From positions 145,694-209,693 of the forward strand of contig JAHKAJ010000024.1 of assembly GCA_018826075.1 (NCBI GenBank): a stretch of DNA of 64,000 nucleotides. Direction: 5' to 3'. The notes beneath the pieces were generated by a model. That model saw nothing but the letters and a program-made list of their open reading frames with translations, ran no database searches and was not told the origin of the DNA. Below are positions 26,262 through 35,617 of this stretch, in pieces. A program made the position numbers and the translations under genes. Source of the stretch: Candidatus Omnitrophota bacterium. Its GTDB lineage: Bacteria; Omnitrophota; Gorgyraeia; Duberdicusellales; 4484-171. Each line of letters begins with the position of its first letter. Positions within the stretch are counted from its first letter, which is position 1.

Positions 26262-27166
26262 TCTTTAAAAAGTTTTGCCGACTTTTCTAAAGCTAAACGC
26301 TCTTTTTTAGTCAATTCGACTTCTACAATTTTAGCAATCCCCTGGCGATTGATCAAACAGGGAACTCCCAGACAAACGTCTTTTAAACCGTATTCCCCGT
26401 TAAGTAAACTAGAAACCGGCAAAAGTTCATTTTTATCGTAAGCAATAGCCTCGATCAATTTTAAGCAGGCAGCTGCCGGCCCAAAGCGGGCGCTGCCCTT
26501 CTTTAGAAACCCGACTATTTCAGCTCCCCGTTGTTTGACCCTCTCCTGGACGGCTTTAAGATTATTTTCATCTAAAACCGAACCAAGCTCTTTGGTAGCT
26601 AAACTTACCCGTTGGGGCTCAACGATCATATCAGGGCTATGAGCTCCATAGACAAAACCACTCATCGATGACACCGCGACTCCGGTCAAGTTGTAAAGAA
26701 TATTGAACAGGCGGTTAGTGTCTAAAGACGAACCCATGCCGATGACTTTTCGGCGGTCAAAACCAAATTCACTGGCTACCAGGTAAGTGATAAGATCCAG
26801 GGGGTTGGTAACTACGATGATTATTGCCGAGCCGGAATTTTTCTTGACCTTAGCGGCTACATCCCTGACCACACCCGAATTCATCTTTAACAGATCCTGA
26901 CGGCTCATCCCCTTTTGGCGGGCAAACCCGGCAGTGATAACCACCAGGTCAGAATCTTTGATTGCCGAAAAATCGCTACTGCCGGAGATCTTAGTCCCGA
27001 ATTTAAATGCTCCCCGGCAATCTTCTAAATCCAAACACAAGCCGGCGGCCAAATCCTGATCGATATCTATGAATACTAACTCATTGAATGACAGCTGGTT
27101 AAGCAGCATAGCCCCTAAACTAGAGCCAACTCCTCCGGCACCGATTATCGAAATTTTATTGATCAT
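26249..27166 (-). CDS. L-lactate/malate dehydrogenase family, 305 aa.
   Basis: NAD-binding motif KISIIGAGGVGSS...IDID. The catalytic-loop context and length are typical of the Ldh/Mdh family. Confidence 0.75.
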   Translation of the reverse strand: MINKISIIGAGGVGSSLGAMLLNQLSFNELVFIDIDQDLAAGLCLDLEDCRGAFKFGTKISGSSDFSAIKDSDLVVITAGFARQKGMSRQDLLKMNSGVVRDVAAKVKKNSGSAIIIVVTNPLDLITYLVASEFGFDRRKVIGMGSSLDTNRLFNILYNLTGVAVSSMSGFVYGAHSPDMIVEPQRVSLATKELGSVLDENNLKAVQERVKQRGAEIVGFLKKGSARFGPAAACLKLIEAIAYDKNELLPVSSLLNGEYGLKDVCLGVPCLINRQGIAKIVEVELTKKERLALEKSAKLFKECTI

Positions 27167-27177
27167 AGGCTTAAAAT

Positions 27178-28272
27178 TTAAAGCAACTCCTTTATCCTGT
27201 GGGCAACTGCCAAAGCAGTTTCCTTGGTTCCCACGGCAGTCGGATCATCACGATGCGGCTTTAGATCATAGGTGACATCCTTGCCTTCGCCAACCACATC
27301 GGAAACCGCTCGGGTCAAGATCTCGGCTTTTTTAGTTTCGCCCAGATAATCAAGCATCAGGGCAGCTGACAAGATCGTGGCCATCGGGTTGACTTTATTT
27401 TTACCGGTATATTTAGGAGCGCTTCCGTGAGTCGGTTCGAAAACCGCTATTTTTTCACCGATATTTGCTCCGGCAGCTAGACCTAAACCGCCGATCAAAC
27501 CAGCTCCTAAATCCGACATTATATCGCCGTAAAGATTGGGCAGCACTAAAATGTCAAAATTTTTAGGAACCCGGACTAACTGCATCGAAAGATTGTCGAC
27601 TATTACATCATTGTAGTCGAGCTTTCCCTTGAATTTTTCAGCCACTTCATAAAAAGTATCCAAAAACAGGCCGTCGGTATATTTCATGATATTGGCTTTA
27701 TGCACACAAGTCACTTTTTTTCGCTTATGCTTTACGGCGTAATTCAAGGCAAACTCGGCGATCCTTCGTGAACCAAAAGCTGATATCGGTTTTATTGAGA
27801 TCGCGCTGTCCGGGCGCACTTTTCTATCAGACTGCGAATTTATTGTTTTGATCACCTCGGCAGCTTCCTTGCTTTGCGCGGCAAATTCAACTCCGGCGTA
27901 CAGATCCTCGGTATTCTCTCTCATGATTATAATATCGACATCCTTATGCAGGGCCTGCGGATTTTGAAGAGATTTAACCGGCCTAAGACAGACATAGAGG
28001 TCAAAATGCTGCCGGATAGCCACATTTACCGAACGAAATCCCTTGCCGACCGGAGTAGTAATCGGGCCTTTAAGAGCAACTTTGTTTCTTTCGATTGAAG
28101 CTAAAGTGTCTTCTGGAAGCAACTGGCCGTATTTGTTTAAAGCGCACTCACCGGCATCTTTCTTTTCCCAATCAATAGCTACCCCCAAAGCATCAATACA
28201 GATCAAAGCAGCATCAGTCACCTCTGGGCCAATACCATCGCCAGGGATCAAAGTAACTTTATAACTCATCAA
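27178..28272 (-). CDS. Isocitrate/3-isopropylmalate dehydrogenase family (beta-decarboxylating dehydrogenase), 364 aa; it is IDH-like in its conserved blocks.
   Basis: LIPGDGIGPEV N-terminus. TTPVGKGFRSVNVAIRQHFDLYVCLRPV closely resembles the Icd substrate-binding block, and GDIMSDLGAGLIGGLG is also present. It lies next to leuD, so a LeuB role cannot be excluded. Confidence 0.6.
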   Translation of the reverse strand: MMSYKVTLIPGDGIGPEVTDAALICIDALGVAIDWEKKDAGECALNKYGQLLPEDTLASIERNKVALKGPITTPVGKGFRSVNVAIRQHFDLYVCLRPVKSLQNPQALHKDVDIIIMRENTEDLYAGVEFAAQSKEAAEVIKTINSQSDRKVRPDSAISIKPISAFGSRRIAEFALNYAVKHKRKKVTCVHKANIMKYTDGLFLDTFYEVAEKFKGKLDYNDVIVDNLSMQLVRVPKNFDILVLPNLYGDIMSDLGAGLIGGLGLAAGANIGEKIAVFEPTHGSAPKYTGKNKVNPMATILSAALMLDYLGETKKAEILTRAVSDVVGEGKDVTYDLKPHRDDPTAVGTKETALAVAHRIKELL

Positions 28273-28762
28273 ATCCTTTGTGTTTTTTGAGATAGTTCAA
28301 AATACCTCCGCAACCAACCAGTTCTTTGCGAAAATTATCCCAGGGGTTAAACTCGACCTGGGTACTGTTAGTCGTATCGGTGATCCGGCCTTTATCAAAA
28401 TCAATAGTTATCCGGTCTGCTTCCTGCAAGTTATCAGTATTCGCCTCAACCAGGGATAAGCCGATATTAAAGGCATTGCGGTAAAAAATCCGGGCAAAAC
28501 TTTTAGCAACCACACAAACGATACCGGCCTCTTTTATCACCCAGGGAGCCTGTTCCCGCGAAGAACCCATGCCAAAATTGGCTCCGGCCGCGATTATTGA
28601 TTCCCCGGGAGTGAGTTCCTTAAAAAAACCCGGACGAATATCCTCAAATAGATATTCAGCCAGTTTCTTCATGTCGGTAATCGCGAATTTGTAACGCCCG
28701 GAGATTATCCAGTCGGTATTAATATTGTCGCTAAACTTAAAAACTTTACCCTCAATAATCAC
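28259..28762 (-). CDS. leuD: 3-isopropylmalate dehydratase / (homo)aconitase small subunit. The start is trimmed to GTG (VIIEGKVFKF); the ORF track opens at a TTG.
   Basis: Swivel-domain signature: KVFKFSDNINTDWII...GANFGMGSSREQAPWVIKEAGI. There is no in-frame ATG near the conserved N-terminus, and the upstream TTG lies inside a GC hairpin. Confidence 0.65.
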   Translation of the reverse strand: MIIEGKVFKFSDNINTDWIISGRYKFAITDMKKLAEYLFEDIRPGFFKELTPGESIIAAGANFGMGSSREQAPWVIKEAGIVCVVAKSFARIFYRNAFNIGLSLVEANTDNLQEADRITIDFDKGRITDTTNSTQVEFNPWDNFRKELVGCGGILNYLKKHKGFDEL

Positions 28763-28778
28763 TAATACCTCGTATTTC

Positions 28779-28798
28779 GGGCGAGGCAAGCCTCGCCC
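28779..28798. other. GC-rich intercistronic stem-loop GGGCGAGGcaagCCTCGCCC (8-bp stem) between pilT and leuD.
   Basis: Direct reading. It is not followed by a U-tract on the transcribed (minus) strand, so it is unlikely to be an intrinsic terminator. It is a candidate RNA stability or processing element. Confidence 0.5.
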
Positions 28799-28815
28799 CT
28801 ACAGTAACGTGTAAT

Positions 28816-29865
28816 TTAAAGGCTTTCAAACTCAGCCATATTCTTGACTTTACGTAAAGCAGTTTCCTTAGTGATAATTTTCTTTTTGTAGAGGCCTTTA
28901 AGGTATTTGTCCATGGTGTGCATGCCGTATTGGCCACCCATTTGAAGCAACGAAGGGATTTGGGCAATGTCATTTTCCCGGATAAGATTGCGAATACCCG
29001 GAGTAGAAACCATGACCTCAGTGGCCAAAACCCTTCCTTCGCCGTCAGCCCGGGGAAGCAGAACTTGGGATAAAACTCCCTGCAAGCATTCAGCCAGCTG
29101 AACAGTAACCTGACGCTGTTGATGCGGTGGAAAAACATCGATAATCCTTTGGACGGTTTGAGGAGCATCAGGAGTATGCAAAGTAGCTAAGACCAAATGC
29201 CCGGTTTCAGCGGCAGTAAGCGTGGTAGAAATAGTATCCAAGTCACGCATTTCTCCGACCACTATTACGTCCGGATCCTGACGCAGAATCCGCTTTAAGG
29301 CTTCGGGAAACGAATGGGTATCAGAATAAACTTCCCGCTGTTTGATGATGCTTTTTTTATTGGTGTAAATAAACTCGATAGGGTCTTCGATGCAAATAAC
29401 CATCTCTTCCCGCTCATTATTGATATAGTCGATCATTGAGGCTAAAGTGGTACTTTTTCCAGTTCCGGTCGGCCCGGTTACCAGGACTAAACCATTAGGC
29501 CGTTTAAGAAAATCATACACTACATCCGGCAGCCCCAAATCCTTAATTGAAGGGATAATCATCGGCACCCGGCGCAAAGCCGCTTCAACATTTCCTTTCT
29601 GGATATGGACATTCACCCGGAAACGGTCCATTTTCGGCAAAGCAAAGGAAAAATCCAATTCCCGGTCCCGTTCAAACATCGACTTTTGCTCATTGTTCAA
29701 CATGCTATAGACCAGGTCTTTGGCTTCTTCACGATTAAGCGACGGAAAATCAGTAATGCAAAGCTTTCCGTCTATACGTAAGATCGGAGGATTACTTACG
29801 GTAAGATGTAAATCGCTGGCTTTACTTTCCTGAGCCAATTTGAGAAGTGTATTTATATCGTTCAT
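28816..29865 (-). CDS. pilT: Type IV pilus retraction ATPase (twitching motility protein).
   Basis: 349 aa. Walker A GPTGTGKSTT; Asp box VICIEDPIEF; Walker B/His-box context DVIVVGEMRD...LVLATLHT; PilT-type C-terminus. Confidence 0.85.
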   Translation of the reverse strand: MNDINTLLKLAQESKASDLHLTVSNPPILRIDGKLCITDFPSLNREEAKDLVYSMLNNEQKSMFERDRELDFSFALPKMDRFRVNVHIQKGNVEAALRRVPMIIPSIKDLGLPDVVYDFLKRPNGLVLVTGPTGTGKSTTLASMIDYINNEREEMVICIEDPIEFIYTNKKSIIKQREVYSDTHSFPEALKRILRQDPDVIVVGEMRDLDTISTTLTAAETGHLVLATLHTPDAPQTVQRIIDVFPPHQQRQVTVQLAECLQGVLSQVLLPRADGEGRVLATEVMVSTPGIRNLIRENDIAQIPSLLQMGGQYGMHTMDKYLKGLYKKKIITKETALRKVKNMAEFESL

Positions 29866-31127
29866 CTTGAACCTCCTTTTATAAACTTTCGTGGATCAGT
29901 AATTTTTCCGGAAATCGCCGAAGCTACTACCGTAGCCGGTGAAGCTAAGTAAATAAAACTATTGGGATTGCCCATTCTTCCCTTAAAATTGCGGTTTGCC
30001 GTTGAGATAACCACTTCCTGATCAGCCGGAACTCCCTGGTGAGTACCCACGCAAGGCCCGCAGCCAGCCGGTAAAATAATCGCCCCGGATTCGATAAACA
30101 CCCGCAAAATCCCTTTCTTCAAAGCTGCTAAAAATATCCTCTGGGAAGCCGGTGCAACCAGTAGTTTTACTCCTGAGGCTACTTTATGCCCCTTGATGAT
30201 TTTAGCGGCGATCTCTAAATCCTCTAACCGGCCGTTGGTACAAGTACCCAGAAAAGCCTGGTCGATCTTGACCTTGCCCAGGCTTTCAGCGGTTGAGCCG
30301 TTATCAACACTATGCGGCTTAGCAACATAAGGTGACATTTTAGAAACATCAAACTCGATCACCTTTTCATACTTACAGTCCTTATCAGGATAGACGTCTT
30401 GATATTTTTTCAGGCCTAAACCCTTAAGATAACTGCCGACTTTTTTATCGGGAGCGATTATGCCGCACTTGGCCCCGAATTCAATAGTCATATTAGTGAC
30501 TGTCAAGCGGGCGTCGATCGACATTTTATTAATGGCTTCACCGGAAAATTCCACTGCCTTATAGGTAGCGCCGTTCGAACCCAGCTTATGAATAATATAC
30601 AGGATAACATCTTTACTGTAAACACCTTTAGGAAGTTTTCCCTTGACGATAATCTTTAAAGTTTGGGGGACTTTAAACCAATTCTTTCCAGTAGTCAGAG
30701 CTACCGCCAGATCGGTTGACCCCATGCCAAAAGCTGCCGCGCCCAAAGCTCCGGCGGTTGAAGTATGTGAATCAGCCCCCAGGATAAGGGCGCCGGGATA
30801 AACAAACCCCTCTTCGATCACCAGTTGATGCGAAATACCGCAGCCGACATCAAAAAATAGATTTTTGTTGGCTTTGGAAAAATTGCGCATTTTTGAATGG
30901 ACCTGTGATACCCCTAAGCTGGGTGAAGGGCTGGAATGGTCGATAAACATCGCATATTTTTTAGGCCGGATGACCGGTCGTTGAAACTTAGTGATACTGT
31001 CGACGACTAAAGCGCTGGTGCCGTCCTGAGAAAAACAAAAATCCAACCGGCAAATACCGACATCGCCGCTGGCCAGCGAACGGCCGGCGTGCCGGGTAAG
31101 TATTTTTTCAATTATGGTTTTAGCCAT
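29862..31127 (-). CDS. leuC: 3-isopropylmalate dehydratase / (homo)aconitase large subunit (short LeuC type), 421 aa.
   Basis: Aconitase-family Fe-S ligand and substrate blocks are present: GADSHT, LGTCTNGR, ILPAGCGPCVG, STANRNFKGRMG. Confidence 0.8.
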   Translation of the reverse strand: MAKTIIEKILTRHAGRSLASGDVGICRLDFCFSQDGTSALVVDSITKFQRPVIRPKKYAMFIDHSSPSPSLGVSQVHSKMRNFSKANKNLFFDVGCGISHQLVIEEGFVYPGALILGADSHTSTAGALGAAAFGMGSTDLAVALTTGKNWFKVPQTLKIIVKGKLPKGVYSKDVILYIIHKLGSNGATYKAVEFSGEAINKMSIDARLTVTNMTIEFGAKCGIIAPDKKVGSYLKGLGLKKYQDVYPDKDCKYEKVIEFDVSKMSPYVAKPHSVDNGSTAESLGKVKIDQAFLGTCTNGRLEDLEIAAKIIKGHKVASGVKLLVAPASQRIFLAALKKGILRVFIESGAIILPAGCGPCVGTHQGVPADQEVVISTANRNFKGRMGNPNSFIYLASPATVVASAISGKITDPRKFIKGGSR

Positions 31128-32288
31128 TTACTTGCCAAGCTCAGTTAAAAAAACCTTTATCCGTTCTATACCTTTACTGATCTGTTGATTGCTGGTGGCG
31201 AAACTCATCCTCACAAAACCGGAGATACCGAAAGAGTCGGCCGGGATGCAGGAAACTAAATGCTTCTCTAAAATTTGGGTGGCGAAATCAGAGGCATTAA
31301 GGCCGGTCGAGCTGATGTCACAAAAAAGATAAAACGTCCCCTGGGGTTTTATCGGATCGAGCTCCGGGCATTCCTTTAACCCCTTCCAGATGATATCGCG
31401 GCGCTCCTGAAATATTGCCTGCACTTTTTTCGGCCACTGCTGGTCCTTAAAAGCGCTAAAAGCGGCGTTCTGAGATATCGAACAAGCACAGGAAGTAGTA
31501 TGATCAATTATTTTGGAAGCTTGTTCAGAAACCTCATCAGGGGCCGATAAATATCCCAGCCGCCATCCGGTCATCGAAAAAGTTTTTGAAAAACCATTAA
31601 TGGTTATAGTCTTTTTGGCAGCATCGGCCAATGAAGCAAAACTGGTATGCTCAAGCGAATCATAAGATAATACTTCATAGATCTCGTCGCTGATAACAAA
31701 AATATCCCTATCCTTGACCACCTGATAGATCTCTTCCAACTCTTTTCGGGAAAAAGTAAGGCCGGTAGGATTATTAGGATAATTAAGAATCAAAACTTTA
31801 GTTTTAGCAGTTATTGCTTTGGCTAAGCTGGCGGGAGTGATTTTGAAATCGTCTTCTTTTAAGCCTTTAAGAAATTTAGGTTTTGCTCCGCAAAGCTGGA
31901 CCATTTCCGGATAACTTACCCAATAAGGCGAAGGGATAATCACTTCATCGCCGCTTTGAACCAGCGTAAGCAAAGCTACATAAATCGCATATTTTGCTCC
32001 GGAAGTAACGATGACGTTCTGGGCTTGGGCCGGAATATTATTTTCAGTCCGCAATTTAGCGGCAATAGCTTCCCGGAGAGCCGGTATTCCGCAGGAAGGA
32101 GTGTATTTGGTAAGGCCAGAGGCTAAGGCCTGGCGGGCCTGGTCTTTAATGAATTCCGGGGTGTCAAAATCCGGTTCCCCGGCGGCAAAATTTACCACAT
32201 CTTTACCTTCAGCTATAAGTTTTTTAGTTAAAGCGGTTATCTTTAAAGTAGCGGACTTATTTAAAGCTGTTACTTGAGGATTAATCAT
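31128..32288 (-). CDS. Class I/II pyridoxal-phosphate aminotransferase (aspartate aminotransferase-like), 386 aa.
   Basis: Fold-type I blocks are present: VNFAAGEPDFDTP, NPTGLTFSRKELEE, and the Lys region GFSKTFSMTGWRLGY. Confidence 0.8.
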   Translation of the reverse strand: MINPQVTALNKSATLKITALTKKLIAEGKDVVNFAAGEPDFDTPEFIKDQARQALASGLTKYTPSCGIPALREAIAAKLRTENNIPAQAQNVIVTSGAKYAIYVALLTLVQSGDEVIIPSPYWVSYPEMVQLCGAKPKFLKGLKEDDFKITPASLAKAITAKTKVLILNYPNNPTGLTFSRKELEEIYQVVKDRDIFVISDEIYEVLSYDSLEHTSFASLADAAKKTITINGFSKTFSMTGWRLGYLSAPDEVSEQASKIIDHTTSCACSISQNAAFSAFKDQQWPKKVQAIFQERRDIIWKGLKECPELDPIKPQGTFYLFCDISSTGLNASDFATQILEKHLVSCIPADSFGISGFVRMSFATSNQQISKGIERIKVFLTELGK

Positions 32289-32316
32289 CTTAAATAATAC
32301 AGTAACGATTTAAGAT

Positions 32317-32829
32317 TTACTTCGAAGTATCGCGTTCTTTTTTGAAAATCTTGCGCACTCCGGAAATCAAGCCTTTCTTCGGCTGTTCGGTTTTCTTCTC
32401 CGGGGAAACCACGGCTGTGCTTTCAGCGGTTTTTGCCTTGGCCTGTTTAGTTTTAGAAGTTTTCTTTTTAGGCTCGAGTTTAGTCAACTCCAAAAGCGAA
32501 AGTGGAGCTCCATCGCCCTTGCGTACCGCAAGCTGGGCGATCCGGGTATAGCCTCCGGATATGGCCTTAAACCGCGGCGCAACTACTTCGAAAATCCGTT
32601 TAACCAATAAATGATCGCCTAATTTTTTATAAACCAGACGGCGGGAAGCCAAATCATTAGCCTTGGCTTTAGTGATCAGTTTATCAACTTCGGCGCGTAA
32701 ATATTTGGCCCGGGAAGTCGTAGTAATGATCCGTTCGTTAATAAACACGGCCCGCAGCAAGGATTTTATCAAAGCCAGCCTTTGGTTCCGGGAACGAGAA
32801 AATTTTTCGCTTTTTTTTAGGTGCCTCAT
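32317..32829 (-). CDS. rplQ: 50S ribosomal protein L17 with a roughly 45-aa Lys-rich C-terminal extension.
   Basis: The L17 core (RKLGR-like region, ...VYKKLGDHLLVKRIFEVVAPRF) is followed by the tail KKKTSKTKQAKAKTAES...KKERDTSK. It is the last gene of the alpha operon, after rpoA. Confidence 0.85.
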   Translation of the reverse strand: MRHLKKSEKFSRSRNQRLALIKSLLRAVFINERIITTTSRAKYLRAEVDKLITKAKANDLASRRLVYKKLGDHLLVKRIFEVVAPRFKAISGGYTRIAQLAVRKGDGAPLSLLELTKLEPKKKTSKTKQAKAKTAESTAVVSPEKKTEQPKKGLISGVRKIFKKERDTSK

Positions 32830-33815
32830 TTTGAACCCGTAAGTTTATTCCGGTCGATCTTCATTCCGAAAGATATACCCATGGTTTTAAGTAAAGCCCC
32901 GACTTCATTAAGCGATTTTTTACCGAAATTACGATAGGAAAGTATTTCCGGTTCGGTCTTCTCCACCAAGTCAGCCAAGGTTTTGATATTAGCCTCTCTC
33001 AAGCAGTTAGCGCTGCGCACTGATAACTCCAGTTCGGAAACCGGAATTTTAAGCTTTTCATAAAGAGCCGCTTCTTCAGGGGTAAGTTCTTCAAAATCAT
33101 CCTCGGGAAGCTCTCCCAAAGTAAAGAAAAGCTCTAAATGCTTGCTCATTACTTTGGCAGCGTAAATCAAAGCTTCTTTGGGCTCAATACTGGCATTAGT
33201 AAATATATCCAGGATCAGCTTATCGTAATCAGTGCGTTTGCCGACCCGGGTATTCTCAACCTTAAAGGCCACTCGTTTAACCGGGGTAAAAATCGAATCT
33301 ATCGGTATCACCCCTAACGGCATGCCTTCACGTTTATTTATCTCTGCCGGAACAAATCCCCGGCCCCGTCCGACTTCCATTTCGATTTCCAGCTTGGACT
33401 TTTTTGAAGTCAAAGTGGCAATATGCAGATCTGGGTTAATCACCTCGATAGTCTCGTTAGTGACTACGTCTTTTGCGGTAACCTTCTTTTCACCTTCAGC
33501 TTTGATGTAGATTTTTTTGGGAGTGCGCGAGTACGACCGTAAAACCAGATTTTTAATGTTGAGGATGATTTCCGGTATGTCTTCAAAAACTCCCTCGATG
33601 CTTGAAAATTCATGAGCCACGCCTTCGATCTTTATCGAAGTAACTGCTGTGCCTTCTATTGAAGAAAGCAGGACCCGGCGAAGAGCATTGCCCAAGGTTA
33701 CACCGTAACCCCTTTCCAGAGGTTCAGCGATAATTTTTCCGTAAGTCGGACTGTAACTTTCTTGTTCGACTATTACTCGTTTTGGAAATTGGAAATCCCT
33801 CCAGGTTATCCCCAT
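32826..33815 (-). CDS. rpoA: DNA-directed RNA polymerase subunit alpha.
   Basis: 329 aa. The N-terminal domain and a C-terminal domain carrying a helix-hairpin-helix (LELSVRSANCLREANIKTLADL) are present. The rpsD-rpoA-rplQ order is canonical. Confidence 0.9.
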   Translation of the reverse strand: MGITWRDFQFPKRVIVEQESYSPTYGKIIAEPLERGYGVTLGNALRRVLLSSIEGTAVTSIKIEGVAHEFSSIEGVFEDIPEIILNIKNLVLRSYSRTPKKIYIKAEGEKKVTAKDVVTNETIEVINPDLHIATLTSKKSKLEIEMEVGRGRGFVPAEINKREGMPLGVIPIDSIFTPVKRVAFKVENTRVGKRTDYDKLILDIFTNASIEPKEALIYAAKVMSKHLELFFTLGELPEDDFEELTPEEAALYEKLKIPVSELELSVRSANCLREANIKTLADLVEKTEPEILSYRNFGKKSLNEVGALLKTMGISFGMKIDRNKLTGSK

Positions 33816-33833
33816 CTTTTTACCCCCTAAATT

Positions 33834-34466
33834 TTACTTTGAATACAATTCAACGATCAACTGTTCGTTGATCGAAACGGCTAGGTCTTCTTTTTCAGGA
33901 AGCCGCACGATCTTTATCGAAAGATTATCCTTGTCTACTTGAATCCAAACCGGGCTGCTGCGCTCTTTAGCGCTGATCTCGTGATTATCTCTAATGCCCT
34001 GTTTGATGCTGTCTTTGGCTTTTATCTCAATGGTCTCCCCTTCACGAACAATATAAGAAGGGATATCAGCTCGTTTTCCGCCGATAAATACAAAACCGTG
34101 CCGGACGATCTGCCGGGCCTGGTTACGCGAAAGAGCAAACAAGGAACGGAAAATAACATTATCGATCCGCCGCTCCAGAAGCTGGATCAAAACTCTTCCG
34201 GTAGCCCCTTTAGACTTACTGGCCAGGCGAAAAAATCGTGCGAACTGCCTCTCAAGCATACCGTAGATCTGCTTTACTTTTTGTTTTTCCCTTAACTGCA
34301 AAGCATAATAGCTTGATTTTGGTTTTCGCTGATTGTGGTGCATTCCCGGCGGAGTCGGCCGCTTAGCATACGAACACTTCTCGGTAATGCAGCGCGGGCC
34401 CTTTAAAAACAATTTCATATCCGCTCTTCGGCACAATCGGCACTTTGCTTCTAAATATCTTCCCAT
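33834..34466 (-). CDS. rpsD: 30S ribosomal protein S4 (zinc-ribbon type N-terminus).
   Basis: CRLCRR...C...C N-terminus; S4 RNA-binding domain; 210 aa. Confidence 0.85.
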   Translation of the reverse strand: MGRYLEAKCRLCRRADMKLFLKGPRCITEKCSYAKRPTPPGMHHNQRKPKSSYYALQLREKQKVKQIYGMLERQFARFFRLASKSKGATGRVLIQLLERRIDNVIFRSLFALSRNQARQIVRHGFVFIGGKRADIPSYIVREGETIEIKAKDSIKQGIRDNHEISAKERSSPVWIQVDKDNLSIKIVRLPEKEDLAVSINEQLIVELYSK

Positions 34467-34489
34467 CCTCTTATCTCCTTATGGTTATT

Positions 34490-34882
34490 CTAAACCCGGC
34501 GTTTTTTCTTAGGGCGGCAGCCGTTATGCGGCACCGGTGTAATATCTTTTATTCTTTTAACGCTTAGGCCGGCAGCCTGTAAAGACCGAATAGCTGATTC
34601 CCGGCCGGGACCAGGGCCTTTTACCAACACTTCCAGTTCACGCAACCCCATATCTCTGGCTTCCCGGGCAACCTGCATCGAAGCAACCTGGGCAGCATAA
34701 GGTGTAGATTTTTTTGCGCCCTTAAACCCGACTTTTCCGGCAGAACACCAGGCTAAAACGTTACCTTTCATATCGCTGATCGAAATTATGGTATTATTAA
34801 ATGTAGCTTTGATGTGTGCTACTCCGATAGTTGATACTAGCTGAAGTTTTTTCTTTTTCTCTTTACGTTTACTTTTTGCCAT
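34490..34882 (-). CDS. rpsK: 30S ribosomal protein S11.
   Basis: 130 aa with highly conserved S11 blocks ([23 protein letters not shown]). Confidence 0.9.
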   Translation of the reverse strand: MAKSKRKEKKKKLQLVSTIGVAHIKATFNNTIISISDMKGNVLAWCSAGKVGFKGAKKSTPYAAQVASMQVAREARDMGLRELEVLVKGPGPGRESAIRSLQAAGLSVKRIKDITPVPHNGCRPKKKRRV

Positions 34883-34891
34883 TTATGCTCC

Positions 34892-35260
34892 TTAAGCTTT
34901 GATTCCGCCTACCCGAGGCCGCGGGCCCTTGCGGGTACGGGCATTACATTTTGTCCTCTGGCCGCGTACCGGTAATCCTTTTTTATGCCGCGAGCCTCGA
35001 TAAGAATTAATATCGATAAGCCGGCGGATATTCTGGGCGATTTCCCGGCGTAACTCACCCTCGATCCGATAATTAGCCTGGACATAAGTTGCGATCTGGG
35101 AAATCTCTTCATCGCTTAATTCCGAAGCCCGTTTTTCCGGATCTATCTTTACCTTATTCAAAATCTCCAGGGCTCTGACCGGGCCGATTCCGTAAACATA
35201 ACGCAAGGAAATCTTGATTTTTTTATTTTTCGGAATATCTACACCAAAAATTCTTGGCAT
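34892..35260 (-). CDS. rpsM: 30S ribosomal protein S13.
   Basis: [15 protein letters not shown]...[17 protein letters not shown]. Confidence 0.9.
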   Translation of the reverse strand: MPRIFGVDIPKNKKIKISLRYVYGIGPVRALEILNKVKIDPEKRASELSDEEISQIATYVQANYRIEGELRREIAQNIRRLIDINSYRGSRHKKGLPVRGQRTKCNARTRKGPRPRVGGIKA

Positions 35261-35270
35261 TATACCTCCT

Positions 35271-35384
35271 CTATCCTTGGCGCTGTTTGTGCTTAGGGTT
35301 CTTACAAATAACCCTAACCACTCTTTTACGCCTGATTATTTTACACTTATCACAAATCTTCTTTATTGATGCTCTGACTTTCAT
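35271..35384 (-). CDS. rpmJ: 50S ribosomal protein L36 (zinc ribbon). It is not in the ORF track because it is 37 aa long.
   Basis: Manual translation of the minus strand gives [37 protein letters not shown], the canonical L36 with a C-x2-C...C...H zinc site. It lies between infA and rpsM. Confidence 0.85.
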   Translation of the reverse strand: MKVRASIKKICDKCKIIRRKRVVRVICKNPKHKQRQG

Positions 35385-35395
35385 CTTAACTCCGC

Positions 35396-35614
35396 CTATT
35401 TGTGCCGGTAAGTGATCCGGCCGCGTGCCAAATCATAAGGAGAAAGTTCCACTTTTACCTTGTCGCCGGGAAGGATCCTGATGAAATGCATCCGCATTTT
35501 TCCCGAAACATGCGCCAAAACAATATGCCCGTTTTCAAGTTTAACCCGAAACATGGCATTAGGTAAAGTTTCAGCTATTTCTCCCTCGACCTCTATTAAA
35601 TCTTCTTTAGCCAT
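35396..35614 (-). CDS. infA: Translation initiation factor IF-1.
   Basis: 72 aa, [13 protein letters not shown]...[16 protein letters not shown], a highly conserved S1-like fold. Confidence 0.9.
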   Translation of the reverse strand: MAKEDLIEVEGEIAETLPNAMFRVKLENGHIVLAHVSGKMRMHFIRILPGDKVKVELSPYDLARGRITYRHK

Positions 35615-35617
35615 AAT

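Noticed and set aside
28752-29168. 138-aa minus-strand ORF overlapping the 3' end of pilT and the leuD start region.
   Set aside because: It is out of frame with, and fully overlapped by, the well-supported pilT CDS and the GC hairpin. It has no conserved motifs, so it is spurious.
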